From Nitrospirota bacterium (lineage in GTDB: Bacteria; Nitrospirota; UBA9217): a stretch of DNA of 64,000 nt. Shown here piece after piece: positions 41,439 to 52,317 of the stretch. The position numbers were made by a program, and so were the translations under genes. Numbering within the stretch: the first letter of the stretch is position 1; every line of letters begins with the position of its first letter. The DNA is taken from positions 224,001 through 288,000 of the forward strand of contig CAWFSF010000005.1 in the NCBI GenBank assembly GCA_963818475.1, given 5' to 3'. The notes beneath the pieces are model-generated. The model was not told the DNA's origin, did not search any database, and saw only the letters and a program-made list of their open reading frames with translations.

Positions 41439-42497
41439 TCAATGGTGGCCAACCCCCTGTACCGTATTTGCTTCCTCAACGAAGGGCAGATTGATGATGA
41501 CCTCCGTACCCGCGCCCGGCGCAGTAAATTCCTTGCCGATGCGGATCTTGCCTGCATGAAGGCCAACGACATATTTGGTAAAATAGAGTCCCTGCCCCCA
41601 GTTCTCTCCCGTGCCCATTCCCTTGTAAAAGCACTGGTCCGCCTGCTGTTCGTCCATCCCGATCCCGGCGTCGCGGACGGAAACCGTTACATACTGCCGG
41701 GTGCCGTCCCGGTCCATGGAGCAGGACACTGCGATGCGCGCACGGGGCTGGTCCGGTTTTTTATATTTGACTGCGTTGTCGATGACATTTTCAAACACTG
41801 TTTTGAGCAGCGGCGGAGCGGCATAGAGCATGGGCACGGACCGGCATTCAGCAATGGCGATGTCCGCCAGATCAGCGTATTGCCCTGCCAGTTCGCCGAG
41901 CATGGCCTTGACATCGAGGTACTTGAACTCGACCAGGCCCGCCTCGCGCTCGTCGGAGATCTTCTTGAAAATATCGATGTCGGCAAAGAGCTTGTCCAGG
42001 TTGTCGTCGATGCGTTCCCGGGCGTCCTGAGGCAGGCCGGGCAGCAGGTTGATGCGGCGCTTGATCCGGCCGAGGTTGTTCTTGAACTCGTGCCCGATGG
42101 TAGCGGAGATATATCGGATGAACTCGTTCCGCCGGGCGATCTCCTGGTTCTTCAGCTGCAGGATCATGTTCTCGCGGGCGCGCCGCTGCCGCTGTTGATA
42201 GACAAGGGTCAGGTACAGCGTGAGGGCGGTAAAGGACAGGATCAGCCCTGCCAGCGCATACTGTGCGACATTGCCCGACGCATCGAGCATCCGCTGCATG
42301 GCCGCAAGCCGGTTATCAAGGCTGACCTCGGCCGGAAGGGTGCTCAGCGCCGTCCAGGGCATGAGCCAGAGCTCAAGGCGGTCAAAGGGCCGGACAAACT
42401 GGTCCAGGTAGACCATGCCGGCAGTGAGCCAGATAGAGACCATGAGCGCGGTCAGTGCCAGGACCTGCATTTTATGACGAATCGAGATAGTAGACAT
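41439..42497 (-). CDS. Membrane sensor histidine kinase
   Basis: Two TM; GHEFKNNL H-box; NVIDNAVKY, DAGIGM, GQGLY. Confidence 0.9.
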   Translation of the reverse strand: MSTISIRHKMQVLALTALMVSIWLTAGMVYLDQFVRPFDRLELWLMPWTALSTLPAEVSLDNRLAAMQRMLDASGNVAQYALAGLILSFTALTLYLTLVYQQRQRRARENMILQLKNQEIARRNEFIRYISATIGHEFKNNLGRIKRRINLLPGLPQDARERIDDNLDKLFADIDIFKKISDEREAGLVEFKYLDVKAMLGELAGQYADLADIAIAECRSVPMLYAAPPLLKTVFENVIDNAVKYKKPDQPRARIAVSCSMDRDGTRQYVTVSVRDAGIGMDEQQADQCFYKGMGTGENWGQGLYFTKYVVGLHAGKIRIGKEFTAPGAGTEVIINLPFVEEANTVQGVGHH

Positions 42498-42552
42498 CGA
42501 TGCCTTAATTTATTCCAAAGGAAGTTTTTTTACAACAAGAAAAAGGCGCATT

Positions 42553-43662
42553 TTACGAGGGCAGCACCACGCTCCGCAGCTTCTCCGCCGCATCTTCCGG
42601 GCAGACCGTGTTCACGAACAGGCCCGACCCCAGCTCGAACCCCGTGGGAATGCTCGTGCGCGGGCAGATCTCGATGTGCCAGTGAAAGGAGGCCGCGTTC
42701 CCGGCGTACTCTTCGCCATGCGGGCAGGGAATGGAAGAAGAAATTATACTGCACGCCGCCGAGCACCGTGTTGAGCCGCGCCATGGTCCTTCGGAAGATC
42801 CGCGCGAGGTCGGCGAGGTCTTCCGGCGTCGGCATCGAGGAAGTCGGCCTGATGCTTGAGCGGGAGGATATGCACCTCCCACTCATAGCGGCTGGCAAAG
42901 GGCTTGATGGCGATGAACGCAGCGGCTCCGCTCGATCACGAACTGGCCCACGTTGATCTTGCGCCGCACCTCGCCGGACTCCCGGTCGTAGAGGGTCGCC
43001 TCGAAGGTCAGCGCCTCGTCAATGGAGTTGCAGAAGATGCAGCTCTGCGAGGCCTGGTAAAAGGCCGCGCTGTTCCGCACCTCTGCCTGCACGTTGTCCG
43101 GCACGACCGGCATGGCGATGATCTGGCTGTGCGTGTGGCCGATGCTGGCGCCTGCGGCAGGGCCGAAGTTCTTGAACAGGAGCACATACTTCAGGCGGTC
43201 GTTGGAATGGTAGAGCTGCTCCATGCGGCTGCGGTACGTGGACAGGAGCAGCGCAAGATGCTCTTCGGACATCTCATGGAGCCTGATGCCGTGCGAGGCG
43301 TGGTCGATGACGACCTCATGCCGGCCGTATCCGTCGATGGTCTGCTGCATGCCGAAGGCGAAGTTCGGGTTCCGGCGGTCGTCTCCCAGCACCGGGTAGA
43401 GGTTCTCCACGAGGCGCAGCTGCCAGTCTCCGGCTGCCGGGACCTGGGCGATCGGCGCCGGCGTCTTGTCCTCGTTGCCCTTGCAGAACGGACAGGTCTC
43501 CACAAAGGTCCGCGCGTCATAGGGCGCCGGCGCTTCCTCCTTCTTGGGCCGCAGGCTGCGCGCCGTGGCCACCAGCACCGACTCCGACGGCACGATGGGA
43601 TTGATCCGTATCTCGCGGACGGCCTTGGCCTGCCCTGGTTTAGCATCTGCAGAAGCGCTCAT
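42553..43662 (-). CDS. galT: GalT-family hexose-1-phosphate nucleotidyltransferase (frameshifts near 42925 and 42830)
   Basis: CPFCKGNE, NLYP, GYGRHEVVI, FKNFG..AGASIGHTHSQ, FHWHIEI, GFELGSG. Confidence 0.88.
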
Positions 43663-43912
43663 AATAATATTCTCCCGTGATGATCCCCGGTATCGCTGCT
43701 GGAACAGGCCGTGCCTCTTCTCTGAGCGTGCGTACAGGATCGTTCACGAGAGTACAATAGAACTGCCTGTCCGGGCAAGTGAAAAAGAAGCATTGCAGGA
43801 TGTCGTCTGCACGGCATGGACGGTCGTATCGGAAAGCGGGTAAAGACAAAGGCCGTGTGAGATCGGCTTGGAGTAGGGCATTTGACCGGAAGACCAGTAG
43901 CACAAAGAACTT

Positions 43913-44000
43913 TTCCGCCATTCCCGTTTAAGTGGGAATCCAAGCATGGTACCTTGGGGGGGGATGCCTCTGGATACCCGCTTTCCCGGGTATGGCGGAA
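43913..44000. repeat. Two-hairpin palindromic element (RPE/dRS3-like), family C
   Basis: ttccgccattcccgtttaagtgggaatcca ... tggatacccgctttcccgggtatggcggaa. Confidence 0.7.
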
Positions 44001-44048
44001 TGGGGGAAAGTGTGATTTGATATGAAAGCCCGTATGAGGCCCCCGGTT

Positions 44049-44762
44049 CTATGCCGGGATGTCCCGTGCGATCTGGTCCCTGATGTAATCGCGCACGAAG
44101 ATCCTGTCCTCGGGGCGAATGCTCGTGAACCTCAAGCCCATGCCAGGTTGTTTATGCTGCCCCCCGATCATGGTCGAGCTGTATTGCACGACCGCAGACA
44201 CGCTGATTACCTTGTTCATAATGAACAGGGTAAGGGAAAGGACCGTATGTACCGGCTCAGGTGCGCTCGAGTATACATAGCAGCCTCCTTCCGAGAGGGA
44301 GGTCACCTGTTCCTGCCGAATCGCACCGGCCCTGCTCTTCACTTCGGCCTTCAGCAGCGTGTCGATCCTGATGTTCTTTCGCGGCATGCGCTCCGTTGCA
44401 GCCTGAATGGCGCCGTAGAGCACACTGAAATCAGTCGGCTTCCGGTAAAACTCCGTGCATCCTGCGGAAAAACAGGCTTCCCGCACGCTGGAATCGTTTT
44501 CAGAGGAATGCACGATCACCGGCACGGTCTTTAACTGCGGGGATTGCCTCATTTCCTTCAGCATCTCGATGCCGCTCTTGGCAGGAAGGGCGGTGTCCGT
44601 CAACACCAGCGCGGGGAGAACTTCGGTCATGGCGCGCAGGGCATCGTCGGCGTTCATGGCGGAGCGCACTTTGTAATCGAGCTTCCGGAGCATGGTCCCC
44701 ATGAAGAATATATGCGATGCGCTGCTGTCCACGACCAGGAGCGATCGTATTTCCCCGTCCAT
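44049..44762 (-). CDS. Response regulator with C-terminal PilZ domain
   Basis: REC with LTD and KP; RKNIR (RxxxR), SLSEGG, GMGLRF. Confidence 0.88.
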   Translation of the reverse strand: MDGEIRSLLVVDSSASHIFFMGTMLRKLDYKVRSAMNADDALRAMTEVLPALVLTDTALPAKSGIEMLKEMRQSPQLKTVPVIVHSSENDSSVREACFSAGCTEFYRKPTDFSVLYGAIQAATERMPRKNIRIDTLLKAEVKSRAGAIRQEQVTSLSEGGCYVYSSAPEPVHTVLSLTLFIMNKVISVSAVVQYSSTMIGGQHKQPGMGLRFTSIRPEDRIFVRDYIRDQIARDIPA

Positions 44763-45027
44763 CTCGTACCTCCCTGCTCGCCATGGCATGTCACCGGTTT
44801 GCCGGGATCAGGACCAGCAACTGTTCTGACCTTCAGGCCGGGGGCTGAAAAGCCGGACCTGACAAGCGCCTATGGAAGAGCGACGTTCTGATCGTTTAAA
44901 ACCTACAGCATTAGGCGGGTATTTGCAAGGATTCCGATGGGGTAATTTCAGGGTATTGACAAAATGTTGCATTTATGGTGCGGACTTTTCCTGTGTACTG
45001 CTGGAGGTCCATGATCTAGTCAACCCG

Positions 45028-46584
45028 CTAGTGGAAGGTAAAGAATGCTGCGTGATTGGAAGTGAAGAGCGGCGGATCGTGCTTCAGGATCCCTGAGACC
45101 TCGCTGTGCCGTTTGAACTCGCTTTCCAGGAACTGCCGCACCAGCTTCCGGTCCCAACCCGCCGGATGCCTGAACCCGGTATAGAGCGAAAGGTCTCCCT
45201 CATAGAACTGTTCTGTTCCGAATGCTCCGGCCTGCTCGCCGCAGAGAGGCATATTAAAGATGGCCAGGTTCAGGAACGTGATCGCCTTTGCATGCTGGAC
45301 GACAAATGCGAGCGTCTTCCGCGCTTCGGCCGCGGTCTCTGCAGGTGTTCCGAAGAGCAGATAGACATACGTTGCGATGCCGGCTTTTTGCAGGTTCAAC
45401 AATACCTGCGACGCCATGGCAAGGTCGATCCCCTTCGAAAGCCTGTCGAGCACAGCCTGGTCGCCTGACTCCAGACCGAGCTTCAGCATCGCGCAGCCCG
45501 ATCGTTTAAGCGCGATGCAGAATCCGAGGTCCGTCAGTTCCCTGCTTATCCGCGCGAACCCGTACCAGGGAACGCCGGGCGGCCTCTCGGCGAGCGCCCG
45601 CATGAGCGCAGGGCTGATCGCGTTGTCGAGCAGATGGATCAAAACCGGTCTTGTTTGCGCGGTCAGTGATTCGAGCTCGGACAGTGCCTGGGGGACCGGG
45701 ACTGGGGTATAGGGATTGCCCTCTGCAGTTTCCGGACAGAAAGAACACTTGTTCCAGTAACACCCGCTTGATGCGCTGTAGGGGAGAATGTACCCCGGAG
45801 AGAGATATTCATGCGTTGGCAGCATTCCGTAGTCGGGTACGGCCCGGATCTGCTGATCACCAGGAACACCCAGCAGTTCAAGCAGAGCAGATTCGCCCGG
45901 CCCGGCAATGATATGGTCAACCAGACCGCCAAAAGGATCGGCCCATCCCGGCCTCTTCACCCATGAACTCACCAGACCGCCTCCGAGCACGATCGAAAGT
46001 CCGGGGAACTCTTTCCTGAGGTACCCGATCATGGCAAAGGTGCACAATGCCTGGCTCAGATAATTGAGAGAGAACCCGACCAGGGGCGGCGTCTTTTTCG
46101 ATCCACCCCCGTCTCCGCGCCTTTGCGTGGTAAAATGGTTTTCAATAATTTCCGGCAGACGCGTGCTGAAATAGCCATAGAACAGACTTCGTTCCGGATG
46201 TTCGGCTGCCGCAAGCAGATCAGCGCTTCTCATCGGAGACAGTATTTCATGGTGATAATCAGCCAGACCCAGGATCGCGTGATATGGTTTGGCGGACGCT
46301 TCGAGGAGGCGGTTCACGTCGCGCACTGCCCGGCTGTAGCGGTCAAGCGACAGATAGGTGCCGGGGTTTTTGAGCGCTGCAAGATTTTTTGAGCTGTTTT
46401 TTACCGCCCTGCGGGTCCAGGTATCGGACGCGGTCTGCGGCTGCTCAAGAAGAGAAAGCATCCCTTCGAGATTAGCATCCAGCAGCATGCAGGGAATATG
46501 GTGTGCCTTCAGGGCACCGGCGAGTTTTGCGATGCCGGCCGGCGGTTCACAGGCCTTGGCAGCAGGAGGAAAGATCAGCAGCAT
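45028..46584 (-). CDS. B12-binding-type radical SAM protein
   Basis: LIFPP, GCYWNKCSFC, GLESG, LFGTPAET. Confidence 0.88.
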   Translation of the reverse strand: MLLIFPPAAKACEPPAGIAKLAGALKAHHIPCMLLDANLEGMLSLLEQPQTASDTWTRRAVKNSSKNLAALKNPGTYLSLDRYSRAVRDVNRLLEASAKPYHAILGLADYHHEILSPMRSADLLAAAEHPERSLFYGYFSTRLPEIIENHFTTQRRGDGGGSKKTPPLVGFSLNYLSQALCTFAMIGYLRKEFPGLSIVLGGGLVSSWVKRPGWADPFGGLVDHIIAGPGESALLELLGVPGDQQIRAVPDYGMLPTHEYLSPGYILPYSASSGCYWNKCSFCPETAEGNPYTPVPVPQALSELESLTAQTRPVLIHLLDNAISPALMRALAERPPGVPWYGFARISRELTDLGFCIALKRSGCAMLKLGLESGDQAVLDRLSKGIDLAMASQVLLNLQKAGIATYVYLLFGTPAETAAEARKTLAFVVQHAKAITFLNLAIFNMPLCGEQAGAFGTEQFYEGDLSLYTGFRHPAGWDRKLVRQFLESEFKRHSEVSGILKHDPPLFTSNHAAFFTFH

Positions 46585-46666
46585 GGGAAACAGGGTACAG
46601 GGTCGGGCGGCAAGAATCAAGGTGAAAGTACTGGGCAGCGTATTCAGACTCAGATCGTTTTTGGGG

Positions 46667-48671
46667 TCAGGTGAACAGCTTCTGGAAGAAGCCCTTCTTT
46701 TCCTCTTCCCTCTTTTGCCTTATCGCATCCATATGCTTCAACGCGGTCTTGTTGTTCGGGTTGAGCTTCAGGGCTTTCAGGAACTCCGCCTCGGCAAAGT
46801 TCACGCTGCCCTCATCAAGGTACATCGTGCCCTTCAGCGCGTAGGAGATGGCCAGTTTTCCGAGCTGCAGGGACCGGTTGACCGCATCCTTTGCGCGTTT
46901 GATTGCTGCGCCATTCCCCTTGGTAACGGGATTGTTGTAGATAGCCAGCGCCAGGTAGGCGTGGTATTCCGCTTTATCGGGATCGAGGTTCAGGCAGTTC
47001 GTGAAGGCCCTCTCGGCGCTATCGCACTGGCCCTGCTCCAGCAGCACCTTGCCGGACTGGAACTGGACCTTTTCGTAGAACTCCTTGTCGTCGCCCTCGG
47101 CCGGTACCTGCTCCTGCTGGGAAAGGATATCGTCGTAGTTTTCCTTGGACACCACGTTGGAAAGCGTTTCGTAGGCATGGGAGGCCTTGGACAGAAGCTC
47201 CCCGGCAAGCTCCATGATCTGGCCTGAACTGCCGAAGAACTTCTCCGGACCATAGGTCCTGGTCATCTCGAAATAGGCTTTTTTCAGCTTCTCGAACGAG
47301 AAGGTCTTGGGCGTCATCCCGAACATCTCGTAGAAGTTCTTTTCCTTGATCGCTTCCCACTGGCTGCTCAGGTCCTCTTCAAGGGCCGTGAGCCCTTCGG
47401 TTGGCACTGCAGCTTCCTTCATTGCTCCCAGAGCGCCGACCTCGTCGGCAAGCTCGGCGAGCGCCCCGCCCAGGTCCTCGAACATTTCTGCAGGCGCCTC
47501 AGCCGTGGTGCGGATCGCGTTTTCTGACCGGAAAGGGAGGCAGGACCGCAGCTTGCACCGGGGCTTCGCTGTAGGAAAGCATCTTCAGGTAGTCGAGCGT
47601 GTACAGCACGACCGCGACATCTTCGGCATCAGTGGACGCCGGCGATGTCGGCGCAGGTCCTGGTGCCGTCGATGAGATCAAGCAGCTCCGGGTTTGTCAG
47701 TTCCGCGGCAAGATGGTTCTGGTGCTCAAAGAACTCCGCGGTCCTGGCCGCATAGAGCTTCCCTTTCTGTGCGACAAAGGAGCTCATGAGCGCAGGGTCC
47801 GGATGGGCGCTGAACCCCCGGTAAAAAAGCGCGGGCATGAACGCAGCTGCGGCAGGAGACCGCCGTGACGCACGATGCGCTCCACTCGAACAGGATCGTG
47901 CCGGATTTCCAGGAAAAGCATTCGACCAGCCGGTCATGCATAAAATGCGTATGCTCTTCCTGGAACGCCCGGGGCGTCAGGCAGCCCATCTTGATGAACA
48001 GGCTTCTCGAGTCCGCAGCCTCCGCCCTTCTTCAGGTCCTCATAGGCCTTCAGCTCTGCGCCGTCGATACGGTTCTTCTGCGCCAGAAAGGCGCCGAAGC
48101 CGGCATCGTCTGCGGAGAGCTCAAGTTCGACGAGCGCGCCATCGATAAAAAAGAACTTCCGCTGCAAAGGCTCGCGTGCAACGGTCAGGACGCCGGTCGC
48201 TTTTTTCTTCAGCAGATAGAACAGCACTTTTTCAAAGGGAGTTGTATCGAGCTTCGCCTGCAGGGACGTCTGCGGGGGGGGCGCTGCGGCCTCGGGTGTC
48301 CGGGCCTGCAATGCCGATGAGATCACTTCGTACAGCGTATCGGAAGAAAAGGGCTTGGTCAGAAAACCGCTGAGCGCAAGCTCCCGGGTCAGCCGCTCGA
48401 TCTCGGAGGGGTCCCTCTCGGACATGCTCATCATGATGATCGGGATGGTCCTGCCTTTTGTGCTTTCCCTGATCTTCCTGCAGACATCGTCGCCGTTCAT
48501 CATCGGAAGCTCGATATCGATCAGCAGCAGATCATAGGACGCCGCCACAAAGGAATGGACCGCGCTGATGCCGTCCGACACGATCCGGGCATCGATTTCC
48601 TTCCGTTTCAGGAACCTGGCGATAAGCTCTGAAAGTTTCTGATTGTCTTCAATGATAAGGATGTTTGGCAT
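46667..48671 (-). CDS. REC-DUF4388-J-like-TPR multidomain protein (several frameshifts, about 47500-48030)
   Basis: MPNILIIED REC; KKATGVL...FFIDG DUF4388-like; NFYEMFG...LKKAY J-like; C-terminal TPRs. Confidence 0.75.
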
Positions 48672-48718
48672 ATCATGAATACGAATACAAGAGCGCAGGT
48701 CGGGCTTAAAACCCGCCG

Positions 48719-49144
48719 CTACAAGTCGGTACTCCCCTTCTTCTGCGGCTCGCCCGGGCCGGTTTTTGCCAGGCTTTTCTGATGGAGCGACTTGAAGATC
48801 ATGTCCAGGACCCGCTTCTGCTTGCCCTCGAACTTGTTCAAAACCGCGAGGCACGTCCCCATGGGAAAGCGCTCGTGCAGATAGTCGGCATCGCGTCCGG
48901 ACACGATGACGATGCGGTTCTTGTTCACCCCTTTGGACAGGGCATAGGCAAGGACCTTGGAACCGTCCAGCGCGGGCATCTCCAGATCGATCAGCAGCAG
49001 ATCGAGGTCTGCGGTGATGGAGACAAGGCATTTTATCGGATCATTGCAAGTTGAGACATGGAGGGCGGGATAGTGCTCGGCAACATAGTCTTCGAGCAAT
49101 TTCAGAAATGCGGCATCATCATCGATCAGCAGGATATTTCCCAT
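48719..49144 (-). CDS. Single-domain response regulator
   Basis: LIDDD, IDLEMP, VSG, LNK. Confidence 0.88.
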   Translation of the reverse strand: MGNILLIDDDAAFLKLLEDYVAEHYPALHVSTCNDPIKCLVSITADLDLLLIDLEMPALDGSKVLAYALSKGVNKNRIVIVSGRDADYLHERFPMGTCLAVLNKFEGKQKRVLDMIFKSLHQKSLAKTGPGEPQKKGSTDL

Positions 49145-49262
49145 GGTTGGTCGCCAGTTCCTTTATTCTTTCTCTGCAAACGACGTATTCACGCAGCCAT
49201 GCTGATGAATAATATACCTGACATCCGCCGACAGTCAATGAGATATATTATGAAACCCGCGG

Positions 49263-50798
49263 CTACCAGTCGATCGGAAAATAATCCTTCAGAAACTTCC
49301 CGCACCAGTGCTTATTGGTCAGGATCCCGTCAAAGAAGGGGTCGCAGACCCTGGCAGCCCCGTCAACGATGTCCAGGGGCGGCTGAAAATCATGCACCTG
49401 CTGCTTGAACTGCGAAAGCTCCACAGGATCTTCGTCCGTGACCCAGCCGGTATCAACGGCATTCATATAGATGCCGTGCCGGGCAAGCTCCTCCGCCGAC
49501 GTGTGGGTCATCATGTTCAGCGCAGCTTTCGCCATGTTCGTATGGGGGTGCCGTTCGTCCTTTTTGTATCTGAAGAACTTCCCCTCCATGGCAGTCACAT
49601 TGACAATGTGTTTCTTGCCCGTATGATCGCGCTTCATCAGGGGTATCAGCCTGTTGCACAAGACGAAGGGGGCCACGGCATTCACCAGCTGCACTTCGAG
49701 CATTTCCGTGGTTGCGATCTCTCCCAGCTTCAGCCTCCAGCTGTTCACTTTGCGCAGGTCCACCTGCTGAAGGTCCACGTCCAGCTTCCCTTTCGGAAAG
49801 ACCTCCTCGGACACCAGGGAACGATCATGGCTATAGGGGATCTGCGAGAGCTGCGCGGATTCACGTAAACCGATCCCCGGGCCCTGGTCCTGCCAGGCCA
49901 GGGCAAGGGCGGGATCGTTATCCGCCGTAGCATGACAAAAAGAGGCCAGTTGTTTCTTACACGCCTCATGGCCTCGCAGGAGCTGCCGGGCCTCCGGAGA
50001 AAGGCCCGGATAACCGTTTTTTTCCTTGTCAATGAGATGCGCATAGAACCCGGCAGGGCGCCTTACTGTCTGGGCGGCATTGTTGATCAGGATATCAAGC
50101 CGCCCGTACTGCTGCTCAACATAGCTGGTGAAAAGTTCAACGCTCGGGATATGCCGCAGGTCGAGGCCGTGAATATGCAGCCTCCCTCCCCATTCCGCAT
50201 ATCCCTCTTCTTTGGCATAGCGGGCCGCAGCATCGGCAGGGAACCGGGTCGTTGCGATTACGGTGGCGCCGGCGCGCAGCATCAGAAGCGTTGCCTGATA
50301 ACCGATCTTGACGCGCGCGCCGGTGATCAAGGCGACCTGACCCTCCAGAGACGCCGTCTGAAAACGTTTTTGATAGTTCAGGTCGCCGCATTTCTTGCAC
50401 AGGGTGTCGTAGAAAAAGTGAAGCGTCGTGAACTCTTCCTTGCACACATAGCAATTACGCGGCGTTTGCAGTTTTTCTTTTTCCTGCCCGGTCCCGGAGG
50501 AGCCGTCTGCGATCTGCGCAGGTGCTGTATATACGGCATCCCTGCGAGCACTGCGAATACCCGTCGTATTCCTGGCACGCCGGTCCTTTTCAAGCCTTGC
50601 CAGGAGCTCCGGTTTTTTCGCAGCCTTATTCCTTTTCTTGGCCTCTGCCCGATCCGGACGGGATATTGCGCCGGCCGCTTTCAGGAGCGCCAGCCGCTGT
50701 GCTTCGGGAAGGTTGGCGAGCTCTTCCGTATCGTTCACCAGCTCTTTCAGCATTGAAATGCATTGCTCAATATCTTCGGGCGTATGCTTCTTCTTCAT
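49263..50798 (-). CDS. Long SDR family oxidoreductase with N-terminal Cys motif (start may be 50828)
   Basis: CYVC...CKKC; [36 protein letters not shown]. Confidence 0.88.
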   Translation of the reverse strand: MKKKHTPEDIEQCISMLKELVNDTEELANLPEAQRLALLKAAGAISRPDRAEAKKRNKAAKKPELLARLEKDRRARNTTGIRSARRDAVYTAPAQIADGSSGTGQEKEKLQTPRNCYVCKEEFTTLHFFYDTLCKKCGDLNYQKRFQTASLEGQVALITGARVKIGYQATLLMLRAGATVIATTRFPADAAARYAKEEGYAEWGGRLHIHGLDLRHIPSVELFTSYVEQQYGRLDILINNAAQTVRRPAGFYAHLIDKEKNGYPGLSPEARQLLRGHEACKKQLASFCHATADNDPALALAWQDQGPGIGLRESAQLSQIPYSHDRSLVSEEVFPKGKLDVDLQQVDLRKVNSWRLKLGEIATTEMLEVQLVNAVAPFVLCNRLIPLMKRDHTGKKHIVNVTAMEGKFFRYKKDERHPHTNMAKAALNMMTHTSAEELARHGIYMNAVDTGWVTDEDPVELSQFKQQVHDFQPPLDIVDGAARVCDPFFDGILTNKHWCGKFLKDYFPIDW

Positions 50799-51108
50799 GT
50801 CTTCTTTATTCTCTTTCCTGTCCTGCATCGCAAAAGGATCAATCAGCAGCAACCCAGCGCCTTCAGGCCTGCCGGATCTTTCGGGCGTGCTTTTGCGCGC
50901 TTCCAGGTGACCAGGTCTTCGAGCGCGACCGCTGGCAGCCCCTGACTGACTTGCCATTCTATTCAGGACTGCACACTAGGTCAACAACCAAATTTCTGTT
51001 TGCGTGTCGAACGATAACAAGATCGACCTGCGATTGCTACTTCTGAGGGAAAAGGAAGGAACGACCGGGGGCGCGGCAGCGATTAACCGCAGACAGCTGC
51101 GCTCCGCA

Positions 51109-51678
51109 TCACTGCAGGGCCTCTGCCGCGAGCTGTTCCAGCGAGATGCCGAATTCGCTCTTCAGGTCCTGGAGCAGCCCCCTGGCAGTCAGGGCAGCCT
51201 GCTGCATCCGCTCAAGAAAGGGCCCGTTGCCCTGATAACGACGGCGAATGGAAAGCATCCGCAACTCCAGCGTTGTCGGACGATCAAGTTCGACCACGCT
51301 GTCGATGAGCGGCACCAGGCGCTCTTCGAGGGTGCGCGGAAGAAAGTCCTGCTCCGGAAGGCCGTAACGGACCGCCTCCGACCGCGGCATGCCGCAGAAC
51401 ACATGGGAAGCGCAGACAAAGGCCTCGCGATCGTGGCCCAGGCCCATAAGAAGATGATACCCTTCGACGCCATGCATGACCGGGTCATGCGTTTTGTACC
51501 GACCGATATCATGCAGCAGCGCCCCGACCCTGAGAAACCCGGCATCAAGGGGATAGTTCGGGGCAATGGCTCCGGACAGCCGTTCCGCTACGCGTGACAC
51601 GGCACGACAGTGCCTGATCCAGGCCGCATCCCTGCCGTAGCAGTGCAAAAGCGAGAGGGCTTCTTCATAGGACAACAT
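51109..51678 (-). CDS. HD (HDIG) domain metal-dependent phosphohydrolase
   Basis: IRHC, LLHDIGR, HGVEG, P.TLEE. Confidence 0.87.
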   Translation of the reverse strand: MLSYEEALSLLHCYGRDAAWIRHCRAVSRVAERLSGAIAPNYPLDAGFLRVGALLHDIGRYKTHDPVMHGVEGYHLLMGLGHDREAFVCASHVFCGMPRSEAVRYGLPEQDFLPRTLEERLVPLIDSVVELDRPTTLELRMLSIRRRYQGNGPFLERMQQAALTARGLLQDLKSEFGISLEQLAAEALQ

Positions 51679-51949
51679 ACACGACTCCGGTCCTGAAAAA
51701 ATGACATACTGCGCAGCTAAAAGACCCTGCCGAGAAAGGCTACCAGCGTGCGATGGCATTGTCAAGAGGCGGCAGCAGGACGCCGCGGTCATTCAGATTT
51801 ATGATGCGGACCATAGCTCGCTGCCTGAAGGGTACTACACTGCCGTTCATGTCAATCCCTCGTAAAAGGATCTTCACCACGCTCTCGCACTATACATCCC
51901 GGCGCGCAGGTTCGCCAGGGAATTCCAGTAATTATTTGTATTAAACTAT

Positions 51950-51978
51950 TTGACAGGTCGGTTCCTATTTGTTATTAT
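51950..51978 (+). promoter_or_regulatory. Strong sigma70-like promoter for the two-CW gene
   Basis: TTGACA-N17-TATTAT with TG extension; GAGGT RBS downstream. Confidence 0.65.
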
Positions 51979-52010
51979 CCACGGACTTTTTTCGGAATTG
52001 AGGTAGCGAA

Positions 52011-52313
52011 ATGAAAAAAATGAACTGTTGGAAAGCCAAACAATGCGGTAGAGAAGCGGGCGGCAAGAATGTCCGCGAGTTGGGCATCTGTCCCGCATCG
52101 ATCGATCGGAAACTGCACGGAGTACACGGCGGCGATTGCGCCGGCCGCGCTTGCTGGATAATCGCCGGCACCTTTTGCGGCAATCAGGAGCAAGGTACGT
52201 TCGCCCAGAAGTATCACAACTGTGAAAAGTGTGATTTTTATCAGTCAGTACGGCAGGAAGAAGGCCTGAAGTTCAAGATGTCAACGCTTCTTCTTGCGAA
52301 AATACGATCGTAA
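52011..52313 (+). CDS. Two-CW domain Cys-rich small protein
   Basis: NCW...CGR, CPA, GRACW..AGTFC, CEKCDFY. Confidence 0.85.
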   Translation: MKKMNCWKAKQCGREAGGKNVRELGICPASIDRKLHGVHGGDCAGRACWIIAGTFCGNQEQGTFAQKYHNCEKCDFYQSVRQEEGLKFKMSTLLLAKIRS

Positions 52314-52317
52314 ACTG

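Noticed and set aside
44790-44930. c-di-GMP riboswitch upstream of the REC-PilZ gene
   Set aside because: GGCAAACC is present but the rest of the two-hairpin consensus is missing
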